Translations under genes and position numbers: made by a program | Notes under the pieces: generated by a model | Databases searched by the model: none | Told to the model about the DNA's origin: nothing | Seen by the model: only the letters and a program-made list of their open reading frames with translations | Shown: positions 13,310 to 27,569 of the stretch, in pieces | How positions within the stretch are numbered: position 1 is the first letter of the stretch | How the letters are laid out: every line of letters starts with the position of its first letter | NCBI GenBank assembly: GCA_011109175.1 | Contig: RDEW01000026.1 | Location: 451,695-515,694, forward strand | Origin: Dicyema japonicum | Lineage: Eukaryota; Animalia; Dicyemida | Direction of reading: 5' to 3' | DNA length: 64,000 nt

Positions 13310-13590
13310 TTTATGATTAACTCTGACTGTCGTGGGTGCGAATCCGAAAGTAGGACTTTTCATCGAGGTCAATTCTCGTCAATTAGATCTCACCCGTAAT
13401 ATGACGAGTCCTTCTAGCACGACACAGTATTTGAAAGGGATCTTCCTAACTTCTTCCTGACAAAATCCACTGCTGAAGATCACCATTCCGCCTAAGAATG
13501 AAGTTATGTCTGCGAAAATAGAACGTGTGAAAGAAAGCGGATCTCTCTACTGATTGTTTGTGTTGGCTTACAAGAAAACTCCATGTTTGT
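13310..13590 (+). mobile_element. tRNA-headed SINE, family B
   Basis: GGGTGCGAATCC box and GAGGTCAATTCTCGTC...GAAAGGGATCTTCC body. Confidence 0.75.
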
Positions 13591-13799
13591 TACCACCATT
13601 ATAATAGAAGTGGTTTGGATCTTCTGGCGTTAAACATCAATTCCAGAGGTTTCGGACGAGAACTACAAACTTCGTCCATCCTGATTTGTCTTATAACACC
13701 CATTATTTGCTTTAAGATCTCCCAACAAAATCGAAAAAGAATTCTTGTTGTACAACTGGAAATCTCCGTAAAACATGTCTCCAGATTTTTAGAGTAAAG

Positions 13800-14480
13800 T
13801 CCACCAACACTAATCCATAGTCCCGCGTAACAAATATCAACGGACATAAATTACAGGTCGAAAGAATACACTGACAAAGTTTTCAGTATATTCATTTTGC
13901 AAGAGACTTTCAGACTGAACTTCTCAGAAGTCAATCGTTCCGTAATTTTAGAATCCATTTTTGGATAACTTTGATCTTCAATGTATTTGTCCAGGAAATA
14001 AATGGAATCCATTGGCGAATGCATAAAAAACGCATGGCTCAATGAATTGGCTATATATAGTTTCTAAAGTAGAGTTATCCCCAATCTTCCATAATCCAGA
14101 GAGATATTTCAACATGTTAGCCTTTTTTCACACTTTGTTATTACATTTCCAACATTAAACTAGAACGGAATGTGCATGTCAAAAATCACCCAAAGATCCT
14201 TTGATATCTAAGAAAGATAACAACATGTAGTTCTTAAATCGACCATCCATCTTCGCAGTCTTTTATCTGATTTGTAAAGAGCTGTGAATGACTTCTCAGT
14301 GTTGGTCGACAGATGGTTCTTCAGTGACCATTCCTTAAGACAGTCCGGTTTTTTTGCAATCTTGAATTAGTGGCCCCGATCGTGGGAAGCTATAGTGATG
14401 TCGTCAACATAAGTAAAAAGAATATTATTTTCGACTTCCTGTGTAGGAAGATCGGCCGTGAATAGGTTGAATAAAATAGA
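13800..14480 (-). mobile_element. CR1/L2-like RT fragment
   Basis: FTYVDDITIA and KDLWVIFD remnants. Confidence 0.55.
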
Positions 14481-14608
14481 GAAAAAAGATCCTTGGGTAT
14501 TATAAATGCAATTTTTATTTATTTTATAAAAAATATCTCATAATGATATTTTAATATAAAATTAATTAAATATTAAAAAAATCAAGTATTGATTGTTGTG
14601 TAAATAAA

Positions 14609-15556
14609 ATGCCGCTCACTTATAAAACTGGAAATTCAAACAGTATCCTAACAAAACTAGACATTCTCCTGATTTTAGTTGGGATTATTATACTCTCTAT
14701 AGTCTATTTCATCATTGTGAAACCAAGAGATGATATAAAAAACCCAATTATTAAAGGTTGTCATTATTAAGAGAATAGACTTATTTTGTCATGAATGTGA
14801 TCTTAATGAAGCAAAACATGTTTTACAGTCAATAATATCACATCTAAGGATTCATTTGGGTTGGTTGTTGTATGATTGTAGGAAACGTCGAGTGCTACTA
14901 TCCTTACAAGAAAGGCTCTATTTATGTAAGTCAAATAAGAAGGTCTATCGTTTGTGGGAGTGAGTCCTTCGATCAGTCTTTGGAATGGTTATTTTATGAA
15001 AAGAAGCTGGGAGTCGCGTTTTATTAGTATTTACTAAAGTTGTCTTGACAAATTGGGAAAGGAAGCTGAGAATGTGTCTCAGATTTACGAACTAAAGTCC
15101 AAGATTTCACACAAATCATTGTACTGTCGAATCTTATTTGGCTTCATGAGAATGTTTTATTTATTTTGGTGGACCTTCTTTGGTTAGTTTAATTAATTGA
15201 TGTTGTTTTATGTTTTGTCGTCTCCATTAAATGGTGGAGAGACAGAAATCAGAGACTATCAGGGCAAGTCGGGGAGATGGCTGTGAAGATTATTGGTCTT
15301 TATTTGTATTATTCAAGACTTTTTAAAGAAACGTAGAAATAAAGCACGTGGTGAATCATGTTTGTCCCCTTCTGTACCTTTCCTTCATTTAAGGGATGAG
15401 TTAATTGAGTTGGAGGATAGGAAAAGGATGAAAAATATATGGGAGAAGGCAGTCGAACTAATAGAGACTCAAGAGACTCGTGTAAGAAAAGGAGTAGAAT
15501 TAATTTGTGGGGAAGAATTTATCACGTGGACTTGGATTGGAGATGATTTTTGTTGA
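14609..15556 (+). CDS. MAN1/LEM2-type inner nuclear membrane protein (two TM segments + MSC winged-helix domain)
   Basis: HLRDELI...KRMKNIWEKAVELIETQETRVR..ELICGEEFITWTW matches the LEMD2/LEMD3 C-terminal domain; hydrophobic segments near ~14665 and ~15150-15235; tiny introns. Confidence 0.8.
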
Positions 15557-15649
15557 CAATTGTCTTTTATGTACTTTTTGGTTTGTTAATATTATTTTTA
15601 TATTCAAAATCAACTATTATAACTATCCTCACTTTATTGTAATAACCTG

Positions 15650-16830
15650 GACAATCACCAAACTTACCCCCTCAACCTATGGTATCTGGATGATGCGGCC
15701 CTTGGAGACCCTCAGATACTGTTTTACAGGATTTCTTCCTAAAGAACACCCTCAACGCACAGAGGCTTGCATATGTCCTGAGGACTGCTGTCTACTTCAA
15801 CCAGTGTGACCAATTCGCACAGATTGACGGGATTATCCGTTCGACAGCAGAGCCTATCTTCAACGTCCGGTTCGAGGATTACTCATGGAAGCAAGCCACA
15901 CTGTTGGTGAGACTCGGAAGGCTTAGAATTTGCAACTCTGTAGACATTTCTCTCCCTGCATATCTCATGTCGCTAATGACCTGTAACCCTCTTGTCAAGA
16001 GGATTCTAAATTCCCTCCCTGAATTCTCTACTGGACGTTGGTCATGCTCGTGAGGCCAGGAGCCGTACATATCAGTTTTCCCCACCTTCCATGTTCTCTC
16101 AGCAGAGTCTGGACGATACTTTAAGCCTGAATTCTTTTGAAAATCTGCTAGTGTCATATAACCAACATCGCCGTGTATGTTATCGAGGGCGTCTTCCGAG
16201 ATCGGTGTCTGATTCAACGCCATCCCCAATGGAGTTTTGGGTACCTTACTGAATGATGAATGCGTCCGTATTGGGATATCATTACGATTGGGATCAAAAG
16301 TCTTTGTCTTCCATCCGTGATGATGTGGAGACCAGATCGACTGTTCGGCTTAAAACTTCTCTCCTGCAGGAAGAGTGCAGGTAGATTTCCCAGACATGTG
16401 GCCTTTAACGAAGTCATTAGGCGAGCTTTGGACGCCGCTTGACACCCTCCATGCTCGAACCAATCGGTCTTTGCAGGCGGACAGAAAACGACCAGATGGG
16501 ATTACAATCTTCCCTTTTGAAGACGGGAAACCTTTTGTCTGGGACGTCACCTGAACCGACAGGTTCACCCCTTGCAACCTACTCCATAGTGCCTCTGGAA
16601 TGTGTTCTGCCGCTGAGAGGTTGAGACGGGCAAAGTACATGGTCCTACCAATTATTTTTTTGCTTGTTCCACTCACCGTTGGTTCCCTTTCGCTTGCGAT
16701 GCTGGAATTCTTGAGTCGTCTAGGGATTCGGATTTCTACACGATAAGGAGACTGCTGGTTATTTGAGCGAATCTCGCTCACCATTTTGAGAAGGAAAAGC
16801 CAGGGTGGACGTTATATTACCATTTGCTCA
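15650..16830 (+). mobile_element. Degraded CRE-clade retrotransposon (RT C-terminus + endonuclease)
   Basis: WYLDDAALG, SCRKSAGRFPRHVAFNEVIRRAL, RPDGITIFPF..GKPFVWDVT. Confidence 0.8.
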
Positions 16831-16999
16831 CTTTGTTCCTTAATAAATTGTTCTAAAGTTGGACAAAACTATTATTTTGTTAAATATAACCGGTATATCA
16901 AAAATAGTTACGACTCTCTCCACTCATTCGTACACCTGTTTGTTCTCTACCCTTACTTTCAACGCCAGGGACCTCAATGGCTGGTTGAAGAAGCACCAA

Positions 17000-18560
17000 C
17001 TATGTCTTGACCTTGAGAAGTATCGATTTGTTGTCTGATGTTTTCAAGAAACGAAGTTCAGACTAGACGAACCCTTTAGAAACTACAGATTTATTCTACT
17101 CGCATCAGACTGCAAACACTTTGGACAGGGTTTCGCTATGCATGAGGATTTACTTTCCGAATTATAGCTTGTCAAGATTGCATCTTGGATGAAGTCTTTT
17201 TTATTCCTCTTTATTGCACGTGATTGGAATGCTAAAGTTGGAATGCGAAAAGGATACGAACGTTTTATTGTTTTATTATTGGACCACATGGAAGGGAGAA
17301 CTATCCTAGTACTGTTCTAGCATACTTCTGCTATGCCTTTGACTTGTTGAAGAAATTTGGTCGCTCTCCGAGACCAGACAAAATATCCTCAGGATTGTTA
17401 AAATTTGGCCCAGCAGAACTGCAGAGAAACAAAGATTGTTGGGTGAAATGATAACAAATAAGGGCTTTTCAGAGCTTGGAAAAGAAGTACTGATACCAAT
17501 CCAGAAAGGAATCAAACCCCTCCCCAAAAAACACCTTGTGGAAAATTTTTGCTTTGATCGAATTAATCGGATCCAAGAGCCAGTGGACGGATACTTGGCT
17601 TAAAGCCTAAGTAGTTTCAGGACTGGTGGCATAGTGGAATTGTGCTATTCAGTAAAGATTCTGAAGTTCAAGGACCATTCTTGGAATTGATCTCACGAGA
17701 GCTTTCGATATTCCCATCGAGAAAAACTCATCGAAATGCTGGAAAGTTCCCTGATCGGGACTCGGCCACCTTAATACGGATACTGCAATCAAATACGGGT
17801 TTGCGAATTCGTTTATCATAAAAATCGTAAAAACAGTGGGCACACATCAAAGAGACTCTTTCTTTCCGGTATTGTTCGCTGTATACTTTTTAGATCTCCG
17901 GAAGTATTACAGCGACGATTTTATGGAAATAGTTTACAACGATGACTATGATTCAAGTAACAAATAAGCATTTCGACGTATTCTGGACGTAGCCCCAGAC
18001 CACCTGGCCAAATCTCTCTATCAATAAACACTTCGAAAATAGATATCGTCGAGGTCAAGAGGATGGAACAGCCAAGTACAAAAACTGGAGGTAGACCATA
18101 AAGCTTTACTCCCTCTCCGGGGACTCTGAAGACATTGCGAGAAAAAATTATTATCTGTGATGAGCATGCATAAGCTCATGAAAAAAAGACGTCCAGTCTG
18201 CCTCAAATTGTATGAGGCTTTCTTGAAACCGATCCTTAGGTACTACTGTAGAACATGGAGAATCTAAAAACCCGATTGACAAAGGCTTGATTCCTTTCAT
18301 AGAAAGCAACTTCGGTTTTACAAAAGATTCTCTTCTGTAATTTGTGCACCCTGATCGTGAAGACGCACTGGAAGCTGTTTGATCATATTCTAAGAATGAA
18401 GACGCGCCAGCAAAAATCATCATGAATTCTTCTAAACATCTGGGGAAAAGTTCCGAGGTTATCAAAGTACAACGCTTCCGAAGTCCTGAAGAAATTCATA
18501 AGGATATTGTAATGGATTTCTTCGTGGCCTATTGGAGGAATAATAGTCATTAAAGATATG
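17000..18560 (+). mobile_element. RTE-like LINE fragments
   Basis: VLIPIQKG, QSGRILG and ILGIDLTRAFD remnants; same family as 12170-12621. Confidence 0.55.
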
Positions 18561-18999
18561 ACAAATCTGCTACTCGCCTTTATATGGAGAGCTTCCATAT
18601 TTTCAGAAGTTACAATTTCATATCTTCAATGTATCTTTTGATTGGTTCTTCTAGTCGCTGCAATGATGTTTTACGTTCATTTTATAAGTTAGGTACGTTA
18701 AAATTTTATAAATGATACAATCAGACTTTTCTTTCTGTCGATTAATATTCCTCCAGGATTCACCTTTTTTATTGATTTTGTATGCACATGTTCCCTGGTT
18801 TTTCGAAACCAATCCGAGAATGCATGTGAGAGAATTTCTATAATAGTTTTGATGACATTGTCAAAAGAAACAGTGTATGCTGCGGAAAAAAACAATAAGG
18901 GAAAAGGAGAAAAAATACGAAGCGCTACGCGATTGATTCACGTTCTACCTCATTGTTGTTGAGACAACACCAGGAATAAGCAGGAAATCTCTTGTTTCT

Positions 19000-21730
19000 T
19001 AAAGAAAATTGATGCCAAGCTACTCTAAAAAGCCACGACGTACGTGAGTCCGAGCAGGCTATTCCGAATGCCCTGGAATGGTTGGCCATACTTGGCGGAG
19101 CTCTGCAGTGGCAGATTCAATACTGCTATATCTGTGAGTGAACTCAAGAAATGGCTTAGGCAAACGAGTACTGCCTAAAGGGGCGGGGACCTGACACAAC
19201 TGTCAAAGAGAGCACGAGCACCAGAGCTGTGATACGTTGCAGCTCAAGCATGTTTATGAGTCTTCGCGCGAATCTCGGTGCAGCGGCAGATGTCCCACTT
19301 GAGGACCGTAGATTTACCCGCAAGATCCCTCATTGTAAGGTTAACGGAGTAGTGATAACCTGTATCAATAAGAATTTGGCTTATGCGGTGAGGCTAAGCC
19401 AGTAGGGTCACTGGGTGACATCTCCCTAGTGCTGTATGCAGCACAGATCACCTATGAGGAATTGACGGACATGCCCAGACCACCCAGAAATGGAGGAGCA
19501 GATCTGTGCCAAGATTGCTTGGAAGACTGAGCTGGAAGCACTGAGGGGGACATAAGTAGTGTGGCGAGAGGGGTTAGATTAAAAGCACCGCTATAATAAA
19601 GGGGCTAATTAGTAAACTCCCTGTTCCCAAATGGGACCTTAAAGAGTTGAGGAGGGTAAAGGTGGAGTTAGAGGGGGCAATAATGGCGTATAAGAGGAAA
19701 CTCTATACACATGAAAGTCGGTGTAAGAGAAGGAGAGAAAATAATCTGTTTGAGTTTAATCGCAGATTAGTTTACCGTCACCTGCACGAAAATGGCCATA
19801 GTGTATGCTTCCAGCAGGACGCGGAAATGCTTTCCACATGGGGTAGTATGTGGGAAACTTATCCACGCAGAGGAATAGGATTTCCCGTACAGCCCATCCT
19901 TTCTTGGTGAAATTTTCGATTTTCCGAAAAAAATTTGAGGTGTATTGAGATATCTCCCTGATTGAAAACGATTGGGGTCGATAAAGTTTATAATTTCTTT
20001 ATCAGAGGATGCTTCATTGCACGAGTCTATGTGTAGTGTATCACGGAAAAGCATCATTAACCTGAAAACGATTCCTGATTGGGCCTGCACCGGACAACTT
20101 ATTTGATCCCAAAGCTGGACAACCCAGTCTGCTGCAGATTATTGACCGTTGACCTGCATGCCAACCCTGCATAAGCTGATGACCAAATTGGTGGCTAATG
20201 AGGTCAGGAGCTTTGTAGAAGCAAATGGGATTTTCTCCGAGAATCAATTGGGTACTGTGCGAAACTGTCAGAAAACAAAAGAGCAGGCTTTGATCAACAA
20301 GTACCTTTTTGTGTCCCACGGAAAATCACTTTTGTGTATGTGGGTGATGTGAAGAAGGCTAACGATTCAGTTGATCATTCTTACCTTCTCGAATGCCTAC
20401 ACAGTCTGTGTATGCTTGTGTGGTTCATCAGTTTTGTAGTGGTTGTGATGAATAGGTGGAGTATTCATCGAACTATAATAGGCACCGGATAGGTGAGGTA
20501 AAATTCAAGAGGCGATTTTCAGGGGATCGCATGTCTCCCTCCTCTTTTGTTCTTTGGAGCCATTGAGTCTCCGCCTCAATGACCGGTTGAGCAAATACCA
20601 GTTCACTGTGGGGGTTTGTTTCAGTACAAATCACCTTCTTTTTATCGATGACCTGAAGATGTATGCTCAAATAGCCGAGGAGCTCTACTCCATGGGGGTC
20701 TGTGCCAGGGAATTCTTTGAGAGTATAGGACTAGATTTGAATTATTCAAAGTCTGCGACTAACACGTAAGTATGTAGCGAGTTAGTAAGAGTCTTAGAGG
20801 AACACGAAGGATATAAGTATCTGGGTGTACCGAAACTCCAAAGTTTCGGATAATGCCTGAGACAAAGCGACAAATTACTGAAGGCATTTGTAAAAGAGCA
20901 GCGTTATTATGTAAGACGTCTCTAAATGCGAGGAATTTGTTATTAGCATTAAATGAGTATGCTGTCTCGCTGCTAAACTACTACATAGATCAACAAATAC
21001 ATGTCCCCATTGTAAGTCAAGGAGCATGTCGGTTGATCATTTAGCCACTCGATGTGGATCCATGCTCTGCCACGACTATGTGTGGAGCATAACGAGGTAG
21101 TAAGGAGTCTTCATCTTCTACTATGCAATAAGTATGGTATTCATTACACCAGAAAGTTGCGGACTCATAAGGTGCAATCTGTAGTAGAGAACACCAGGGT
21201 CCAAATTAAAGTAGACAGTGTTATCCGTACCTCGGTGCTAGTCAAGCACAATAAACCGGACATTATGGTACACGATAAGGAGTCTGGCCAAATCCTTATC
21301 ATAGAGGTCGGCATTATGTTTCAAGACCGTTTGCAGACAGTGGAGGTGGAGAAAAAAGAAAGTATGACTTGATTTCAAACGAGATGGGGCAGATGTTTGG
21401 TTGCAAGGTCCTCGTTATTCCTATAGTAATGACGTGAGAAGGAATTGCAACAAAGTACCACAAGGGTTATCTGAAGCAGTTGGGGTAGATAGGAAGCTCC
21501 AAGCCTATCTACAGTCCACTGTATTAAAGCTGACCCTAAAGAGCCTGACACGGGAGTATAGGAGGCAGAGACCGGAGATGCCATATGGGCAGAGGGTTCA
21601 ATTGGAAAGGCGCTCTCGGAGTTGTTTCAGCAACCAGAATCGAACCTGCCTGAGGGGGTTGGCGAGCAGGCAGGCGAGGAAAGTTGTTGATAGATATTAA
21701 CTTTTTATTGTTGGTTAAATAAAGTGGGTT
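19000..21730 (+). mobile_element. R4/Dong-type non-LTR retrotransposon, degraded
   Basis: TCMPTLHKL, ENQLG, HLLFIDDLK, HNEVV, KPDI..IIEV..EKK; 5' part homologous to 54470-55330, 3' part to 62730-64000. Confidence 0.9.
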
Positions 21731-22280
21731 TATGTTATTTGTGATCTCTGCAAAACCTGTTAAAAAAGTAGAAAGATTATTCAAGAAAATCGTGCATTTA
21801 ACACCGAATGGGAGGAAAAATGTTTCGTTTTTGAAGACAATGGCAACGAACATTGTATGATTTGTAATTTTATTATACGATGTCTTAAGTCATATAATGT
21901 CTAGAACAGTGTTTCTTAACCTTTTTTGACTGGCGACCACATGTAACAAAACAATTTAATTAAAAAAAACTAACAAAATTAAAAAATCATAATATTTAGA
22001 GTTATTGTGATTTTTGATCCTGATTTTTTGGTACAATGTTGGTAAGTGCCATTCTCATATCGTCTTCCACCTTAAGTCGGTTGCGAACTTTACTTTTCAG
22101 AATAACAAGATATTGCCATTTCACATAAATAATTGGGTGGAAAGGAATTATCACTTCCAGTGCATTTTTACTCAAGATTGGATATTCATTAATAACAGAA
22201 ATCCAGAATTCCATAATCGAAAGCTAATTAAATGTCAACTTGCAATACTGCGAATTTCGCAATTTAATCAACTGTTCTTG

Positions 22281-25200
22281 CACACAATGTGAATCATTCG
22301 CCCATCTGGGCTGCATAAAAATGAGTAAAGCTTGCGCCGAGACGCTGTCGAGTTGGCTGTGCCCCTCTTGTATTGGAATGGAGGCCCCTAGGCGGGAGAA
22401 AATAACTCAGTCAAACTTTACACTGCCACATACAGACCATACTCTCTTGAAGATCTCGAACCTTAGGAAAGCCATGAAGATCCCAGTAAAAATCCCTAAA
22501 GGAGTACGAATTGCCGCAGCAACGTGTCTTTCAGATGCCATTGATCACGCACTATCCTCTGACAGTTGGGAATCCTGGCTAAAACTTATATGCTTTGCAC
22601 CTGTCGCACTCGGAATACCTACAAAGGAATCTGAGGACAATAATAAAGAAACAAACTCCCGAGTTAACTTATCCGGGAAACTGAAACGAAACGTAATGAA
22701 TTTTAGCTGTCATACACGCAATACTTGAACATCCACTTAATGTCAATGAGGTCGAAACCAGAGGAGCATTCATCAAAGATGCCCCCAACAAACTAAAGGA
22801 GAGAGTAAACCGGAAACTTCTGGAAGGCGACGTGCGGGCAGCTTTACGGGTTATCACATCCGATGACACAGTATTGTCTTGTACCCCGAGGTCCTAAATA
22901 CCTTAATACTAAAGCATCCAGATGCACCGACTGACTATGAAAAGTTTTTGAATCCTGAAGGAACCCAGGAGATAATCATTACTGAATCCGAAGTGCGCCA
23001 CGGAATAACTTCCTTCGCGGCTAGCAGCGGTGGAGGCTTGGAAGGGTTACGTCCTGGCCATATTAAGGACCTTACGTCCACTTACACCTCGGAAGCTGGA
23101 CGCTGTCTTGTCAAATCAATTACGGACCTAATCAGAAAAATGGTTAACGGCGACATCCCAAAATATGCCAGAGAATTGCTCTTCTCTGCAAGGCTACTTG
23201 CTTTCAAAAAACCCAACGGAGGAATCCGCCCCATTGCGGTCGGGAACTATTTTAGAAGACTTGCAGCAAAAGTAGCATCGACCATGGTGAGCCGACAACT
23301 CGGAGAGGAGTTCTTTCCTAAACAAATGGGTGTTAGTATCCAGAACGGATGTGAGGTTGCGGTTCATGCAGCAAGGCGTTTCTTCACACAGAAAAATATT
23401 TCAAATGAATGCATTGGAATCAAGTTGGACATAACGAATGCCTTTAATTCTCTCAGAAGAGACGAAATTATGAAAACGTGTTGGAAGAGGGCTCCAAAGC
23501 TTTTCCCTCTTGTCAATCTATCCTATGGGGAAGATACGTCTTTGGTTTTTGAAAATGAAATTATTAAATCAAAAACGGGTGTACAACAAGGAGATCCGCT
23601 CGGACCTCTATTATTTGCCTTGACCATTGATGAGGTTGTGAGTTCAATTGATGCTCAGCTAAATCTCTGGTACCTCGATGATGCCACAATTGGAGGATCG
23701 TTCAAAGAAACATACAATTCATTACGTAAAGCGTTACCCGCTTTAAAACATTTGGGCTTGGACATCAATGTTAACAAATCAGAGCTAATAAATGTCTCAT
23801 ATCCATACACCGACTTCCTCTCTATCAAGGAGTCTTTTAACGAACTGCTTCCTGGGATCCCGACTGTGCCAGTTGATAAATTATATTTCCTCGGATGCCC
23901 ACTCAGCGAAGAAGAACTCAAGAACCATCTACTTTCCAAAAATGAAGAATTACCACGCCTTGCGAGAAGATTGTCATGTCTCGACTCTCACACATCTTTC
24001 TTCCTGATGAGAAACAACATCGGACTACCCAAGCTTTTATATCTACTCCGATGTTCACCCTGCTACGAACAATATGACAGTCTACTTTCAATAGACAAGT
24101 CTCTCAAGCATACAGTCGAGTCACTAATTAACGTCCGCTTCGACGAACTTGGTTGGAAACAATGTAAGCTTCCCTCAGGATTTGGGGGTGTCGGAGTGAG
24201 ATCGGCGCTGGAGGTTGCGTACCCGGCATACCTATCGTCTCTCTCAAGCTGCAGCCATTTGACACGGCAAGTCCTTCATTACACAATTGGACTTCGCTGG
24301 AATGAGTCATTTGACGAAGCTTGTCGGAAATGGAACGGGTTCGGACTTAAAATCCCATAAGACTCAACGAAGCAAAGTAATTGGGATAACATTGTCTGCT
24401 CCAAAATTTTGGAAGACCTTAAAAAAGAAGCAAATTAACATCGTCTGGCTTGTTTGGTGTCAGCTTCAAGTAGAGGGAGTGGAGCATGGCTTGGTGCAAT
24501 ATTTTGCCCAACCTCGGGACCTTTTGGACGACGATTCTTTGAGGATTGGAATCGGACAAAGGCTGGGACTAGACGTTTGCCAGGAGCACCGATGCCGATG
24601 CGGAAAACAGTTCGATGCGAAGGAATTGCACCCGCTGTCCTGCAGAAGAAGCACCGGAAGGGGACCACGTCATGCTGCTCTGAATGATGTGATCGTCAGA
24701 GCTCTGAAGGCTTCAGGCTTCCCAGCACAGCTTGAACCAGTGGGTCTTGATCGAGGAGATGGGAAGAGACCTGACGGGATGACCCTTTTCCCCTTCACGT
24801 CTGGAAGATCTTTGGTCTGGGACGCAACTTGCATAGACACGTTCTCAAGCACAAACATTTTTCAATCTGTTCAGACACCTGGAGCAGCTGCTTCGACTGC
24901 GGAAAACCTAAAAATCAAGAAATATTCTTGCCTCGGGGATCGCTACCGATTTACTCCTGTTGCGACCGAATCATCGGGAGCCGTTGGTCCAATGACGGTT
25001 GAATTCTTGCAAGAACTCGGAGGATTGCTTGCCAGAAAGAAAAGGATCAACGAGAAGGGTTATGACTAAGACAAAAGATTGGAATAGCCATACTCCGAGG
25101 AACTCGTTCGCAATCCACGCAGCAGGCTTCCTCAACTGACATTTGTTTAATTGTTAAAAAAAAATTTTCACCAAAAAAAAATAAAAAAAATAAAAAAAAA
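22281..25200 (+). mobile_element. CRE-clade non-LTR retrotransposon, 5'-truncated
   Basis: Long frameshifted ORF with KPNGGIRPIAVG, GVQQGDPLGP, WYLDD, CRC..H..SC, RPDG..VWDAT..K..KY; A-rich tail ~25156-25200. Confidence 0.9.
22879..24360 (+). CDS. CRE-type reverse transcriptase (endonuclease continues in 24287-25069 after frameshift)
   Basis: 493-aa ORF with complete RT motif set. Confidence 0.85.
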   Translation: MYPEVLNTLILKHPDAPTDYEKFLNPEGTQEIIITESEVRHGITSFAASSGGGLEGLRPGHIKDLTSTYTSEAGRCLVKSITDLIRKMVNGDIPKYARELLFSARLLAFKKPNGGIRPIAVGNYFRRLAAKVASTMVSRQLGEEFFPKQMGVSIQNGCEVAVHAARRFFTQKNISNECIGIKLDITNAFNSLRRDEIMKTCWKRAPKLFPLVNLSYGEDTSLVFENEIIKSKTGVQQGDPLGPLLFALTIDEVVSSIDAQLNLWYLDDATIGGSFKETYNSLRKALPALKHLGLDINVNKSELINVSYPYTDFLSIKESFNELLPGIPTVPVDKLYFLGCPLSEEELKNHLLSKNEELPRLARRLSCLDSHTSFFLMRNNIGLPKLLYLLRCSPCYEQYDSLLSIDKSLKHTVESLINVRFDELGWKQCKLPSGFGGVGVRSALEVAYPAYLSSLSSCSHLTRQVLHYTIGLRWNESFDEACRKWNGFGLKIP

Positions 25201-25394
25201 GTTAATGAAGTTTAAATTTTCTTTAAAAAATTTTTTTTTTGCGGAATGCAATTGTTGATTACTGATCTGGCCCGCAGACCAAAAAGGTTGAGAACCACTA
25301 GTTTACATCCAAATGATATTTGTTCGTATTAAGTCCATATGAAATTTAAGATAGAGTCGTATTATTGCTGGCAGATTATTTAATAATAATATCA

Positions 25395-25620
25395 ACACTT
25401 TTGTGAAAGCCATAATCGAGTATTTGTATCATTAATATTTAATTATACCTCTGGATGGGGACGACACATATTTTATTTTGGAGTAAAAACACTTAAGACA
25501 ATCCAGTTCCGCAGTGAGGAATCACCGTTGACTGCGTCATCCGTCAAACCACAAAGTATAGTAAATGCATAGAACCTTCAGCCAGAATAAACAACATCGA
25601 GATTCGAACTCGGAAACATA
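25395..25620 (-). mobile_element. tRNA-headed SINE, family A
   Basis: GAGTTCGAATCTC B-box, GAAGGTTC...CACTGCGGAACTGGATTGTCT core, ATGGCTTTCACAAAAG tail. Confidence 0.75.
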
Positions 25621-25760
25621 TGGATTTTTTGTCTCTTAAGAGTCATATTATTTAAATAAACTAAAGTATCAAAAAAACTTTCAGTTGTAAAATTAATCTA
25701 AAATATATTTATTAATAAATTTATTAGTGATAATAATTAAAAACATAAATAATCGTTGTG

Positions 25761-27259
<1,499 letters not shown>

Positions 27260-27569
27260 TTATTTTAATAAACACAATTTTACTGTTTTTCATGTCACTT
27301 GATTAGGCACTCTTACGAATAACCTAATTTGTCAGTTAACACTATGCATTCTATTAGGTCAGTGACTCTTTTGTAGGTTTTCTTGTGAAGGAAAGGTTGG
27401 ACCCAGTTGCGTTGTATGTGCACTTGTCCGGAGGACTCCGGGAATTTTCTATACTGCGGTTTACGAATGTCCTCATTGAATGGACAGCGGCCTAGCATCC
27501 TAGGCGAACACCGACGCCTACTTGAGGTGGGTTCAAGAATTACGTGATGAGTGGAATAGAATGTGTGGA

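Larger units (their letters stand above)
21907..25300 (-). mobile_element. Buster-type hAT transposon (deleted) hosting a CRE element
   Basis: TIRs CAGTGTTTCTTAACC / GGTTGAGAACCACTA; degenerate 8-bp TSD GTCTAGAA / GTTTACAT with central TA; QEQLIKL..EFWIS..YPIL..KSKVRNRL dimerisation domain at 22002-22280. Confidence 0.75.

Noticed and set aside
27455-27518. Minus-strand GGCGTC followed by two hairpins, similar to the Vingi motif
   Set aside because: P2 pairing is weak, CA and YAARAA linkers are missing, and no Vingi sequence is adjacent; unresolved
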